Shown: positions 19,710 to 28,332 of the stretch, piece after piece
Layout: each line of letters opens with the position of its first letter
Position numbering within the stretch: the first letter of the stretch is position 1
NCBI GenBank assembly: GCA_009694745.1
Contig: SHUF01000003.1
Location: 26,558 to 90,557, forward strand
Origin: Acidobacteriota bacterium
Lineage (GTDB): Bacteria > Acidobacteriota > Vicinamibacteria > Vicinamibacterales > SCN-69-37
Length of the DNA stretch: 64,000 nucleotides
Reading direction: 5' to 3'
Translations under genes and position numbers: made by a program
Notes under the pieces: generated by a model
What the model was told of the DNA's origin: nothing
What the model saw: the letters and a program-made list of their open reading frames with translations, nothing else
Database searches by the model: none

Positions 19710-20212
19710 AGGCACCACTTATCGCCGCAGTGGCGCTTGTGGCCATTGCGGCGCATCTCCTTCTGCGTGTGATGTGGCCCGGCCTCGCCTGGGCCGGGCT
19801 GCCTGCTCAACAGTGGCCCTTGTTTGCCGCGCTGGCCATCGGCGGCGTACCACTGGTGTACGGGCTGGCGCGCAAACTGATCGCAGGTGACTTCAGTTCG
19901 GATCTGCTTGCGGGCATTTCGATCGCCACGGCAGTGCTGCTGGGGGAATACCTGGCCGGCACCCTCGTGGTGCTGATGCTGTCTGGTGGCCAGACCATCG
20001 AGGCGTATGCCGTGGGCCGCGCGTCTTCGGCCCTCTCGGCGCTGGCCCGCCGTATCCCCACCGTCGCGCACAAGAAGACCGGCGACACGATGGCGGACGT
20101 GCCGCTCGAAGCCATCGAGCTAGGCGATACCGTGGTCGTTTTTCCGCATGAGGCGTGTCCGGTGGACGGCGTCGTGGTGAAGGCCGCAGCACGACTGAGC
20201 GGACAACGCTGA
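19706..20212 (+). pseudogene. Heavy-metal P-type ATPase, 5' fragment only
   Basis: GTG 19706 overlaps the preceding stop (GTGA). TM helices plus the start of the actuator domain ([19 protein letters not shown]). Homology stops at 20179 and the frame then reads antisense of the next stump until TGA 20212. Confidence 0.75.
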
Positions 20213-20318
20213 AAATGGCCGTGTTGGCGCCGATGCAGAGCGCCAGAGTCAGGAGCGCCGTGATCGTGAAGCTGCGGTCCTTCAGGAGGAGGCGAACGGT
20301 GTGGCGCAGGCTGGACAT
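20181..20318 (-). pseudogene. ADOP/MacB-like permease, 5' fragment only (46 codons)
   Basis: ATG 20318: [46 protein letters not shown] is the canonical ADOP N terminus. Homology ends at 20181, one base from the ATPase stump. Confidence 0.75.
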
Positions 20319-20355
20319 GCAAGCGGGGGACGGATTGCCCAGGCCTGGTGTTCCC

Positions 20356-21438
20356 TTATTTCGACAGGGGCCGGCCTGTGCCGTGATACCGGATCTGGGT
20401 GATCTCGGCCAGCACCGACAGGGCAATTTCGGCAGGGGTCCGGCCGCCCAGATCCAGCCCCACAGGAGCGTGAATCGCCCGCAGACGTTCCTCCGGGATG
20501 CCCTCGGCTCGCAGCATTTCGTTGATCAACACAGTCTTGCGGCGGCTGCCGAGCAGCCCGATGTATCTGGCCGGCGTCGTGACCGCCGCCAGCATGCAAT
20601 CGGCGTCGAGCTTGTGTCCGCGCGTGGCGATCACAATGAAACTGTTCCAGCTGTAGTCGATGCCGGCGAGAGTGGCGGGCACGTCCCCCTGCAGGATTGT
20701 CGCGTTCGGAAATCGGGCCGGGTCGGCGAACTCGGGCCGGTCCTCAACCACGGTCACATCAAAATCGAGCATCGCCGCCTGACGGGCGATGGCGAGTGCG
20801 ACGTGGCCGCCGCCGGCGATCACGATGCGCGGCCGGCTGGCGATGGCTTCGATGAGCAGATCTTCGGTCTCCGACTTCACGGTGCGCGCCGTGCCGTGGG
20901 GTATCTGCGCCAGCGCCTCAGCAGTGGCGCGCTGGTCGGCCTCGGCATCGCCGAGCGAACCCAGCCGCCGGCCATCGGCCCGCACCGCAATTCGCCCCAG
21001 GAGTGTCAGGGCGCCCTGCTCTTTGCCGAGCCGTGTCACGAGCGCAACGGGCGCGCCCCCGGCTGCTGCGCCCACCATCTCGGGCAGCAGGTCGATGCCA
21101 TCAAATGCGAGTGCCTGATCGTCGCGCTGCACCAGGATCCACATCGTACCGCCACACACGAGTCCGGTGTTCCATGCCAGGTCTTCAGTCAGCTCGTACG
21201 CACGCAGCGAGTGACCGCCGGACTGGAGAATCCCCTGGGCCGTTTCGATTGCATCAGCCTCGACGCACCCACCGCCGAGAGTGCCTACGGCGGCGCGCAG
21301 GGGCTCGCCGTCACCAAGCACCAGCGTGGCGCCGGCCACCTGCGGCGTGCTGCCGCTTGTGCGCACAACGGTGGCCACCGCAAAACGTCGTCCGGCGGCC
21401 CGGCGCTCCGCCATGCGGCCATAGAGAGAATCCTGCAC
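20356..21438 (-). CDS. XdhC/CoxI family maturation factor
   Basis: FAVATVVRTSGSTPQ N-domain and Rossmann-like IVIAGGGHVALAIA C-domain. GTG 21438 start fits the family N terminus. Alternative start ATG 21414. Confidence 0.8.
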   Translation of the reverse strand: MQDSLYGRMAERRAAGRRFAVATVVRTSGSTPQVAGATLVLGDGEPLRAAVGTLGGGCVEADAIETAQGILQSGGHSLRAYELTEDLAWNTGLVCGGTMWILVQRDDQALAFDGIDLLPEMVGAAAGGAPVALVTRLGKEQGALTLLGRIAVRADGRRLGSLGDAEADQRATAEALAQIPHGTARTVKSETEDLLIEAIASRPRIVIAGGGHVALAIARQAAMLDFDVTVVEDRPEFADPARFPNATILQGDVPATLAGIDYSWNSFIVIATRGHKLDADCMLAAVTTPARYIGLLGSRRKTVLINEMLRAEGIPEERLRAIHAPVGLDLGGRTPAEIALSVLAEITQIRYHGTGRPLSK

Positions 21439-21444
21439 ATCAGG

Positions 21445-21450
21445 ATTCTA
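21445..21450 (-). promoter_or_regulatory. -10-like box TAGAAT, 6 nt upstream of GTG 21438 (leaderless geometry)
   Basis: Minus strand reads gTAGAATcctgatGTGcag. Confidence 0.35.
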
Positions 21451-21541
21451 CTTGCTGCGACCCACGTCCACCTTGGCTGGGATTTCACCCCGTCCATCTC
21501 GGCGAAAGGGGGCTCTGCGGGTTCACAATGGACGTATTGGC

Positions 21542-23107
21542 ATGACCTCTCGGCGTGGCGTTCGGCACCTCCGCGCCCTGGCCGGACTTCCGGCCGCAGT
21601 CACCGCGCTCGTGCTCGTCTACTCGACCATTTTCCACATCCTGATGGCCGCAGAGGAGCGCGCCTACAGCTGGTTTACCGGCGTGTACTGGACGGCTCAG
21701 ACGATGCCGACGCTGGGGTACGGCGACCTCACGTTCACGCGCGATACGGGGCTGGCATTTTCGCTGGTGGTCCTGCTGAGCGGTCTGGTCCTGCTCTTTG
21801 TCCTGCTGCCCTACACGCTCATTCAGTTTTTTTATTCGCCGTGGCTCGAACGGCAGAATGCCGCCCGTACGCCAACGACCATTCCGCACGACATCAGCAA
21901 TCACGTCATCCTCACGGCGTATGGACCCGTCGAAGCCATCCTGATCCAGCGCTTTGATCAGTACGCCATGCCCTATACGGTCATCGTCCCGGACATCGCA
22001 CGCGCCGCATTGGTTGCGACCACGCTGGGCGACGCCGTCAATGCCAACGTCGCGCTCACGGTGCGTGAGTGCTCCAGCACCGTCCCGATCGTGACGACGG
22101 CGGCATTTGAGATGTCGGGCGACCTGCTCAAACAGGCCGGCTGCCAGAACGTGATTCAGCTGGGAGAGTTGCTGGGACGCGCGATAGCCCGCCGGATCAC
22201 GAGCCATGGTGGGCGGCCTCATGTCATCGGCCGGCTGGATGGCCTGGTCATCGCCGAGGCGGCGGTGGCCGGCACCACTCTGGCGGGGCAGACGATTGGC
22301 AATGCCCGAGTGGGCGAGCGCCTGCACGTGAATATCGTCGGTGTCTGGGACAAGGGCGCGTACTCGCCGGGGTTGGCCGGCCTCCTCCTCACTCACGACA
22401 TGACCTTGTTGCTGTCAGGAACCCAGGATGATGTGGACGCGTAAGCCCGCGAATACAGTCTCTCGGCCCCACAGCCGGTCGCCGCCCTCATCGTCGGCGG
22501 CGGACGCGTGGGGCGTGCGACGTCGCGCGCCTTGTCGGCGGATGGCATCGAGCATCAGGTGGTGGAACGGGAACACGTGAAGGTGCCCGACGGGGCGCAC
22601 TGGGTGTTTGGTGATGCCACGGACCCAGAGGTGCTCAACTCGGCGGGCCTCGACACCGCGTCGAGCGTGGCCATCACCACACACGATGACGACCTGAACG
22701 TGTATCTGACGCTCTACTGCCGAGCGAAGCGTCCGGACATCAAGATCTTGAGCCGTTCCACGCACGAGCAGAACGTGGCCACGCTGCGCCTGGCGGGCGC
22801 CAACTTCGTGATGTCGTACGTGCCGATGGAAGCCAACGCCATCTTTGATGTCGTGCGCCACGGCAGCGTGTTGTCGCTCGTGGAGGGGCTGGAGGTGTTC
22901 ACGGTGCGCGTGCCGCGGGAGCTGGCGGGCAGGTCGATCGCCGACTGCAACCTGCGACGCGAGACGGGATGTAACGTGCTGGCAGTCAGGGCGGCCGGCG
23001 GGGCTGCGGCGCCGCCCGACATCCGTGCGTCACTTCGTGCGGACTCCGAACTGGTGCTGATCGGCGACCGCGAAGACGAGCGGCGCTTCTTCGCGCGCTA
23101 CCGCTAG
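21542..23107 (+). pseudogene. K+ channel (TLGYGD pore) with tandem RCK/TrkA domains, split by an in-frame TAA
   Basis: ORFs 21452..22444 and 22508..23107 share one frame. TAA is at 22442..22444. The second Rossmann motif (AALIVGGGRVGRA, 22481..22519) begins upstream of the first possible start (GTG 22508), so the second ORF cannot encode an intact RCK on its own. The first RCK also seems to lack about 30 aa (VIVPDIARAALVATT). Confidence 0.7.
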
Positions 23108-23114
23108 CCTGAGT

Positions 23115-23184
23115 CTCGGGCTTGAGGAACAGCCCGAGCTACGTACCCGCCCGTACGTAGCTCGGCCTGCTCGTCAAGGCCGAG
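23115..23184. repeat. Composite palindromic (BIME/REP-like) element, copy B (inverted relative to copy A)
   Basis: CTCGGGCTTGAGGAACAGCCCGAG + CTACGTACCCGCCCGTACGTAG + CTCGGCCTGCTCGTCAAGGCCGAG. Three consecutive hairpins between convergent genes. Confidence 0.9.
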
Positions 23185-23186
23185 AT

Positions 23187-23762
23187 CTACACGAGGTCCG
23201 CCGGGCGATCGACGTCGCGGTGTACGCCGGGATCAGGAACATCGATCGTCAGGCACTGCTGGCGGGACCGCTCGTCACTGAGCGTGGACTCCACGGACGC
23301 GAGAAGGATTCGGGCGCGCAGCGCCGTTGAACACACGATCGGGTGCCCGCGGCGGCCGCTGAAGCTGGCGCAGGCCGTCAGGCCGGTACGTCCGGCCGCC
23401 GCGATCACGGCAGCCACGGTGGCTGGCTGCACGTACGGCATATCGCCCGGCAGCAGGACGCAGGCGTCACCCTCCCCGGTCTCGGCGATGCCCGCCTGGA
23501 TGGATGAGAACATACCGCGCGACGGATCGGGATTCACGACCACCGAGATCGGCAGGCCGGCCAGGGCCGCGCGCACAGCCGCTTCCCCATCCGCTGACAC
23601 CACCACCACACAGCGATCGGCGCCGCCCGCCAGCAACGAAGCTACGGTCTGCCGCACCATCGGCTCGCCGTCAACCAACGTCAGGAGCTTGTGCGGCCGC
23701 CCGGGAGCCTCCGCGGCAAATCTGGAACCCGCGCCGGCCGCGGGCACCACCCCAATCGTCAC
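23187..23762 (-). CDS. MocA-like nucleotidyltransferase (NTP_transf_3 family)
   Basis: GTG 23762 overlaps the upstream stop (GTGA). VTIGVVPAAGAGSRF P-loop-like motif, then LLPGDMPYV. The long ORF 23187..24359 is an artificial 5' extension. Confidence 0.75.
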   Translation of the reverse strand: MTIGVVPAAGAGSRFAAEAPGRPHKLLTLVDGEPMVRQTVASLLAGGADRCVVVVSADGEAAVRAALAGLPISVVVNPDPSRGMFSSIQAGIAETGEGDACVLLPGDMPYVQPATVAAVIAAAGRTGLTACASFSGRRGHPIVCSTALRARILLASVESTLSDERSRQQCLTIDVPDPGVHRDVDRPADLV

Positions 23763-24508
23763 AGGTCGTTCTGCCGCGCGAGTGTGCGGGCAATCGAGAC
23801 CGTCCGGTAGATCGCGGTGCCCATCGCGCCGAGGGCAATCAGGGCCACCGCGGCTGTGAGCACACTGCCGGCGGGCCATCCCCATCGCGTCGTCACCGCC
23901 GCATCCGCGAGCGCGGCGAGAGCGAGCAGCACAAGCCGTTCGGCGCGTTGCATGACGCCGCCGGTGCCACTGACGCTGACCGCTTCGCCACGCGCGCGCG
24001 TGTAGCTGACGAGCAGCGAACCGCTGATGGCCAGCACAGAGATCGCAGCGCCCCATGGGGTACTCGAAAGATACCAGGTCACACCCACAAACGAAAATGC
24101 CTCGGCGAACCGGTCGAGCGTGGAGTCCATGAACGCGCCGTAACGGCTGGCCATGCCACGGGCCCGGGCGATGCGGCCATCGAACACGTCTGCCACGCCG
24201 CCAAACAGGATCGCCCAACCCGCAAGCGACAGGGCGCCCTGAGCAAACGCGGCACCAGCGCCTATGCCGAAGGCCACGCCTAGGTAGTTGAAAATGTCTG
24301 GCGAGACCCTGGCGCGAATCATCGCCCGCTCGACGGGGCCAATCACCCACATCAGCCAATCACGGGCCCAGAACCCCAGGAGCACCGTGGACGATCGTCG
24401 CGCCACGTCCGGGTCCCGGGGACGATTCCGGCCGACGATCGCGAACACCGGCATCGTGGCGACCACAACAGCGACAAGCGTCAACGCGAGGGTATCAATC
24501 AGAGTCAC
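23759..24508 (-). CDS. CDP-alcohol phosphatidyltransferase family protein
   Basis: Signature DVFDGRIARARGMASRYGAFMDSTLDRFAE (D-G-x2-A-R...G-x3-D-x3-D). Multiple TM helices. Confidence 0.85.
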   Translation of the reverse strand: MTLIDTLALTLVAVVVATMPVFAIVGRNRPRDPDVARRSSTVLLGFWARDWLMWVIGPVERAMIRARVSPDIFNYLGVAFGIGAGAAFAQGALSLAGWAILFGGVADVFDGRIARARGMASRYGAFMDSTLDRFAEAFSFVGVTWYLSSTPWGAAISVLAISGSLLVSYTRARGEAVSVSGTGGVMQRAERLVLLALAALADAAVTTRWGWPAGSVLTAAVALIALGAMGTAIYRTVSIARTLARQNDL

Positions 24509-25493
24509 GTGGCCTTTGTCGCTGAGGACGATCGCGCAGATAACGGAAGACCCGCGGCCACAGGAAGATGAGCGGCCATCGTTGCTCGCGGGAAGTCAGG
24601 ACCATCTTAGTGCCGCCACTCCGTTCAATCTTCCGCACAATGTAGTCCAGCCAACCCTCGTAGAGTATGACGTGTTTGAGCAGGCGCACCGTGGCGCGCA
24701 CCTTGCTGAGGCGAAAGTACGATCGCACACGCAGGCGATCGACCGCTGAGGCGCGGCCCTGCTGCCGGTAGATGACCGAGGCCCTCGCAAGCGCCCCCTG
24801 GGCCACCAGGTGGTCAAGCAGCGGCGTGTAGATGGCGCACAGGGCGTCTCGCTGGGCGGCCACCAGGGTGCGGGCGTGATCACCGGACTCCGGCCGGGTC
24901 TCACCAGCGAGAGAACGCGACAGCGCGGCCTGGAGAAACTCATCCACAGTGAACGTCTCGGGCAGCGACGGCCGGCTCCAGGCGTAGGTGGCCGCACGGG
25001 CTTCGGCAATGGCATCGCCGATCGCCCGCGCGCTCGCGGCATCCCGCGTCCAGGACAGCAGAACGAACTGGCACAAGCGTCCCTGGACAAAATGGTCGCG
25101 ACGACGGGGCGAACAGGCGCGACGGAAGTCGGCAAGCGAAATCACACAACACTTGGCGCGGGCCGCGCGATCGGTCACTGAAATCACGTTGGGCGCAAGT
25201 ACATGGGCCAGCGCGGTCGCGACCTTCGGCGAATACGACGTGCCGACGGTGGCCGAGAGCGATCGGTAGGCGTCGCCATAACGGTCAACGACCACGAAGA
25301 AGTCGAAGGCGCTGTCGGCTCGTGGCTTGCGGCCCTGGGCCCGGGAGCCGTAGTGAATGATGCCCAGGCTGGAAGGCCCGAACGCCTGGGCCAGAAATGC
25401 GGAAAGCGCCAGGGCGTCGGCCTCGACAGCCTGATCCAGGCCCCACGCGAGCGCGGCGGCCAGGTCCCGGGCGGGCGCGGTTTCAGACGACAT
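24495..25493 (-). CDS. Tam41/Mmp37-like putative phosphatidate cytidylyltransferase
   Basis: From memory of yeast Tam41: IIHYGSRAQG resembles FGYGSGVFEQ; FDFFVVVD resembles IDIILGV; AKCCVISLADF...FVQGRLCQFV resembles VKYGVVSMETL...YLAGRLQKPV; ALSRSLAGETR resembles ALSYAGDIR. Overlaps both neighbours (11 and 14 nt). Confidence 0.5.
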   Translation of the reverse strand: MSSETAPARDLAAALAWGLDQAVEADALALSAFLAQAFGPSSLGIIHYGSRAQGRKPRADSAFDFFVVVDRYGDAYRSLSATVGTSYSPKVATALAHVLAPNVISVTDRAARAKCCVISLADFRRACSPRRRDHFVQGRLCQFVLLSWTRDAASARAIGDAIAEARAATYAWSRPSLPETFTVDEFLQAALSRSLAGETRPESGDHARTLVAAQRDALCAIYTPLLDHLVAQGALARASVIYRQQGRASAVDRLRVRSYFRLSKVRATVRLLKHVILYEGWLDYIVRKIERSGGTKMVLTSREQRWPLIFLWPRVFRYLRDRPQRQRPRDSD

Positions 25494-26328
25494 TGTGAAA
25501 GGGCCGTCCGGCGCGCATGTCTTCCAAGGTCTCGATCATTCGGTTGCGAAGCGATGCCGCGAAATCAGGGATCTCGGATTCCTCCATCGGCGGCTGGAAC
25601 GGCCCGATGATCCGGATGCGAATGCGGGTGCCGGCGGCTTTGGTGAACATGTCGGCCACGGTGCGCATGTGCCACATCCCGTCACCGACGATGCAATAAA
25701 CCGGTAACGGGGCGCGGCCTAGCACCAGGCTGAGGCCTCGAATCATGAACGGGAGAATTGAACCGTCCTTGCTTCGATGGCCCTCGGGGAAGATGAAGAA
25801 TGAAGCCTCCCCGCGTTTGCAACGATCGGCCGCGGCGGCAATCGCCGCGAGGTCGGACCTGAGACTCTGGCGGGTCTGGGCGATCAGGGGAAACCCCGCC
25901 ATCCGGATGAACGGCGAGACACCGGGGAGGCCCCAGGCGTAGCGGCTCCGGGTGGGAATCAGCATCAGGTAGCCCGTGCTGACCCTGTATGCAATAAGGG
26001 CGTCGAGTACCGACTGGTGGTTCATGATGACCACGCGGTTTTCCGGACCGATCGCGCCTTCAATGGAGATGCGGACCCCGGCAATGATTCGGAGCAGGAC
26101 CAGGGGCGCTGCGGCAGAAAAGCGGCTCCAGGGGACCAGAAAACGGGTGGTCTGGACTGGAAATAACCACGCCAGAGGAATTAGGATAAACCTTTGCACA
26201 AATCCCATGAAGAGAATGAGATACGCCAAATAGACCAACACGAAGACCGCGCTCCTCGTCACACGCCAGATACCGCGTGGCACACTGAGTAGCGGGGATT
26301 CGTTCAGGGTCATTCGGGGAAGAGACAT
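25483..26328 (-). CDS. PlsC-like (lyso)lipid acyltransferase
   Basis: Motifs MNHQSVLD and FPEGHRS. N-terminal TM. Start is uncertain: ATG 26328, ATG 26313 or GTG 26382. Confidence 0.8.
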   Translation of the reverse strand: MSLPRMTLNESPLLSVPRGIWRVTRSAVFVLVYLAYLILFMGFVQRFILIPLAWLFPVQTTRFLVPWSRFSAAAPLVLLRIIAGVRISIEGAIGPENRVVIMNHQSVLDALIAYRVSTGYLMLIPTRSRYAWGLPGVSPFIRMAGFPLIAQTRQSLRSDLAAIAAAADRCKRGEASFFIFPEGHRSKDGSILPFMIRGLSLVLGRAPLPVYCIVGDGMWHMRTVADMFTKAAGTRIRIRIIGPFQPPMEESEIPDFAASLRNRMIETLEDMRAGRPFHNVV

Positions 26329-27643
26329 GGCAAACCAATCGGGCGAGGAAAGCGAGACAGCGGACCAACGAGGTGGCGACACCCCGCAGGCCGTTGCGAC
26401 GACAGAGTACGACTACAGCAATTTTTACTATTCATCCAGCGACGACTTGTTCGCCATTTTTGGCCCCTACGACGACTGGTGGTACGGCAGCGCACGCAAC
26501 AGCGGCTATTACCTGTTCTCGCAGCCGATGTCGACGCCCCCTGGCCCCCGCATCAACCTGGAAGAGCAGCTGCACCACGAGACGCTCAAGCTGTTCAACC
26601 TGGCATCGTACAACTACCTCGGCTTGTCCACCCACCCCGAAGTCATCGCGGCGGCCCACGCGGCGCTGGACAAGTACGGGCTAGGCGCGGCAGGCTCGCC
26701 GATTCTCAGTGGCACGATGGACGTCCACCTGACCCTTGAGAAGGAACTGGCGGCCTTCAAGCACAAAGAAGCGGCGATGGTCTTCCCGACCGGGTACAGC
26801 ACGAACGTCGGCCTCCTGTCGGCGCTCATGCGTCCGGGTGACTGGGTGATTCTGGATCAGAACGTCCACGCCAGTATTGTGGACGGCGCGATCCTCGCCA
26901 AGGCCCAGGTGAAGTTCTTCCGGCACAACCAGCCGGCCGACCTCGAGAAGAAGCTGAAGGGCACCACGGGCAAGCGCCTGGTCGTGGTGGAAGGCGTGTA
27001 TTCGATGGACGGCGACATCGCCCGCCTGCCGGAAATGGTCGAAATCTCCAAGCGCGCGGGCGCGCGTATCCTGATCGACGAAGCGCACTCGAGCTTCGTC
27101 TACGGCGCGGAAGGCCGCGGCGTGGTTGAACACTTCGGCCTCGAAGATGAAGTGGACATCCACGTGGGCACCTTCTCAAAGGCGCTCGGTGGCCAGGGTG
27201 GCTACGTCGCGGGCTCGCAGAGCCTCTACAACTACCTGATGGGCTTTGCGCGGTCGCGGGTGTTTTCGTGCGCGTTGTCACCGGCGGTCACCGCCGGCGT
27301 GCTGGCGGCGCTCCGGATTGTGCAACGTGAGCCCCAGTTGCGCCAGCGGCTCTGGGAAAACGTGGCGCACTTCCGCGGGTTGCTGGCCACGGCCGGCGTC
27401 GATGTGGCGGAATCCACGTCGCAGATCATCCCGATCATGATTCGCAACGATCGGAAGATCCTGGGTATCGCGCAGACACTACAGAAGGAAGGGCTGTATC
27501 TGCAGCCCATCATTTTCCCGGCGGTCGCCAAACACCGGTCACGGTTCCGGGTGTCGATTTCGGCAAGCCATTCGACGGCGGATCTCGACCGTGCCGCCGC
27601 CATCCTGATTAAGGTTCTTCGTGAAGAGGAGATCATCAAGTGA
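26327..27643 (+). CDS. Alpha-oxoamine synthase family PLP enzyme (serine palmitoyltransferase / KBL / BioF-like)
   Basis: SYNYLGL, DEAHS, PLP-lysine motif GTFSKALGG. About 90 aa N-terminal region with GYYLFSQP, reminiscent of the YPYF substrate-lid region of Spt-like enzymes. Confidence 0.85.
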   Translation: MANQSGEESETADQRGGDTPQAVATTEYDYSNFYYSSSDDLFAIFGPYDDWWYGSARNSGYYLFSQPMSTPPGPRINLEEQLHHETLKLFNLASYNYLGLSTHPEVIAAAHAALDKYGLGAAGSPILSGTMDVHLTLEKELAAFKHKEAAMVFPTGYSTNVGLLSALMRPGDWVILDQNVHASIVDGAILAKAQVKFFRHNQPADLEKKLKGTTGKRLVVVEGVYSMDGDIARLPEMVEISKRAGARILIDEAHSSFVYGAEGRGVVEHFGLEDEVDIHVGTFSKALGGQGGYVAGSQSLYNYLMGFARSRVFSCALSPAVTAGVLAALRIVQREPQLRQRLWENVAHFRGLLATAGVDVAESTSQIIPIMIRNDRKILGIAQTLQKEGLYLQPIIFPAVAKHRSRFRVSISASHSTADLDRAAAILIKVLREEEIIK

Positions 27644-28332
27644 GCGAGCTGAAGCCCGGACAGGTGCGGTACCTCTACCGCCATGCGATCGGTGGGTTCT
27701 TCGAATTCCCCACTGAGAACGCGCGCAAATTGATCCCGACTTTCATGTCGCCGGTCGAGCCTCATCACGGCCAGAGCGTGTTGTCGGTCATGGCCTTCGA
27801 CTTCAGCGGCAGCTCGGTGGGCGAATACGGCGAACTCGTGTTGTCAGTACCCGTGGCGCCGCGGATTACGCGCGACCAGCCGATGCCGCGCGCGGCGTTT
27901 TTTCCGTTCCTCGTCGGCACCACAACCAAGGCCTCACGTGAACACGCCATCAAGTTGTGGCACCTGCCGCACTTCATGGACGACATCCAGATTGAGTTCG
28001 AAGTCGGCGCGCGCGAAATCACCGTGGCCGCGGCGCACGGCGGCAGCAAGATCCTGGACATGCGGATCACCGACTACGAATGGGAACCGGTGGAGCATTA
28101 CTACCAGGCGTTTGAACACGACGCCACCGGCACCTACATGGCCACGATGGCGATGAACGCGCAGTTCAGCGAAAACGAGGAAGAGCGCGGGTCAATCGAG
28201 ATCTATCCGCACGCCTTCACCGCCGGCCTCAACCCGGATGGCGTCAACGGCACCCCATTTCGCGAATTGTGGATGCGCGACGGCCGCCAGACCTTCGACC
28301 CGCTCGAGACCATCGGCCCAGGCGGGGCGTGA
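27640..28332 (+). CDS. Acetoacetate-decarboxylase-fold (ADC-like) protein, function unknown
   Basis: GTG 27640 overlaps the AOS stop (GTGA). The pattern ARKLIPTFMSPVEPHHGQSVLSVMAFDFSGSSVGEYGELVLSVPV resembles the ADC-family N-terminal block. Confidence 0.45.
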   Translation: MSELKPGQVRYLYRHAIGGFFEFPTENARKLIPTFMSPVEPHHGQSVLSVMAFDFSGSSVGEYGELVLSVPVAPRITRDQPMPRAAFFPFLVGTTTKASREHAIKLWHLPHFMDDIQIEFEVGAREITVAAAHGGSKILDMRITDYEWEPVEHYYQAFEHDATGTYMATMAMNAQFSENEEERGSIEIYPHAFTAGLNPDGVNGTPFRELWMRDGRQTFDPLETIGPGGA

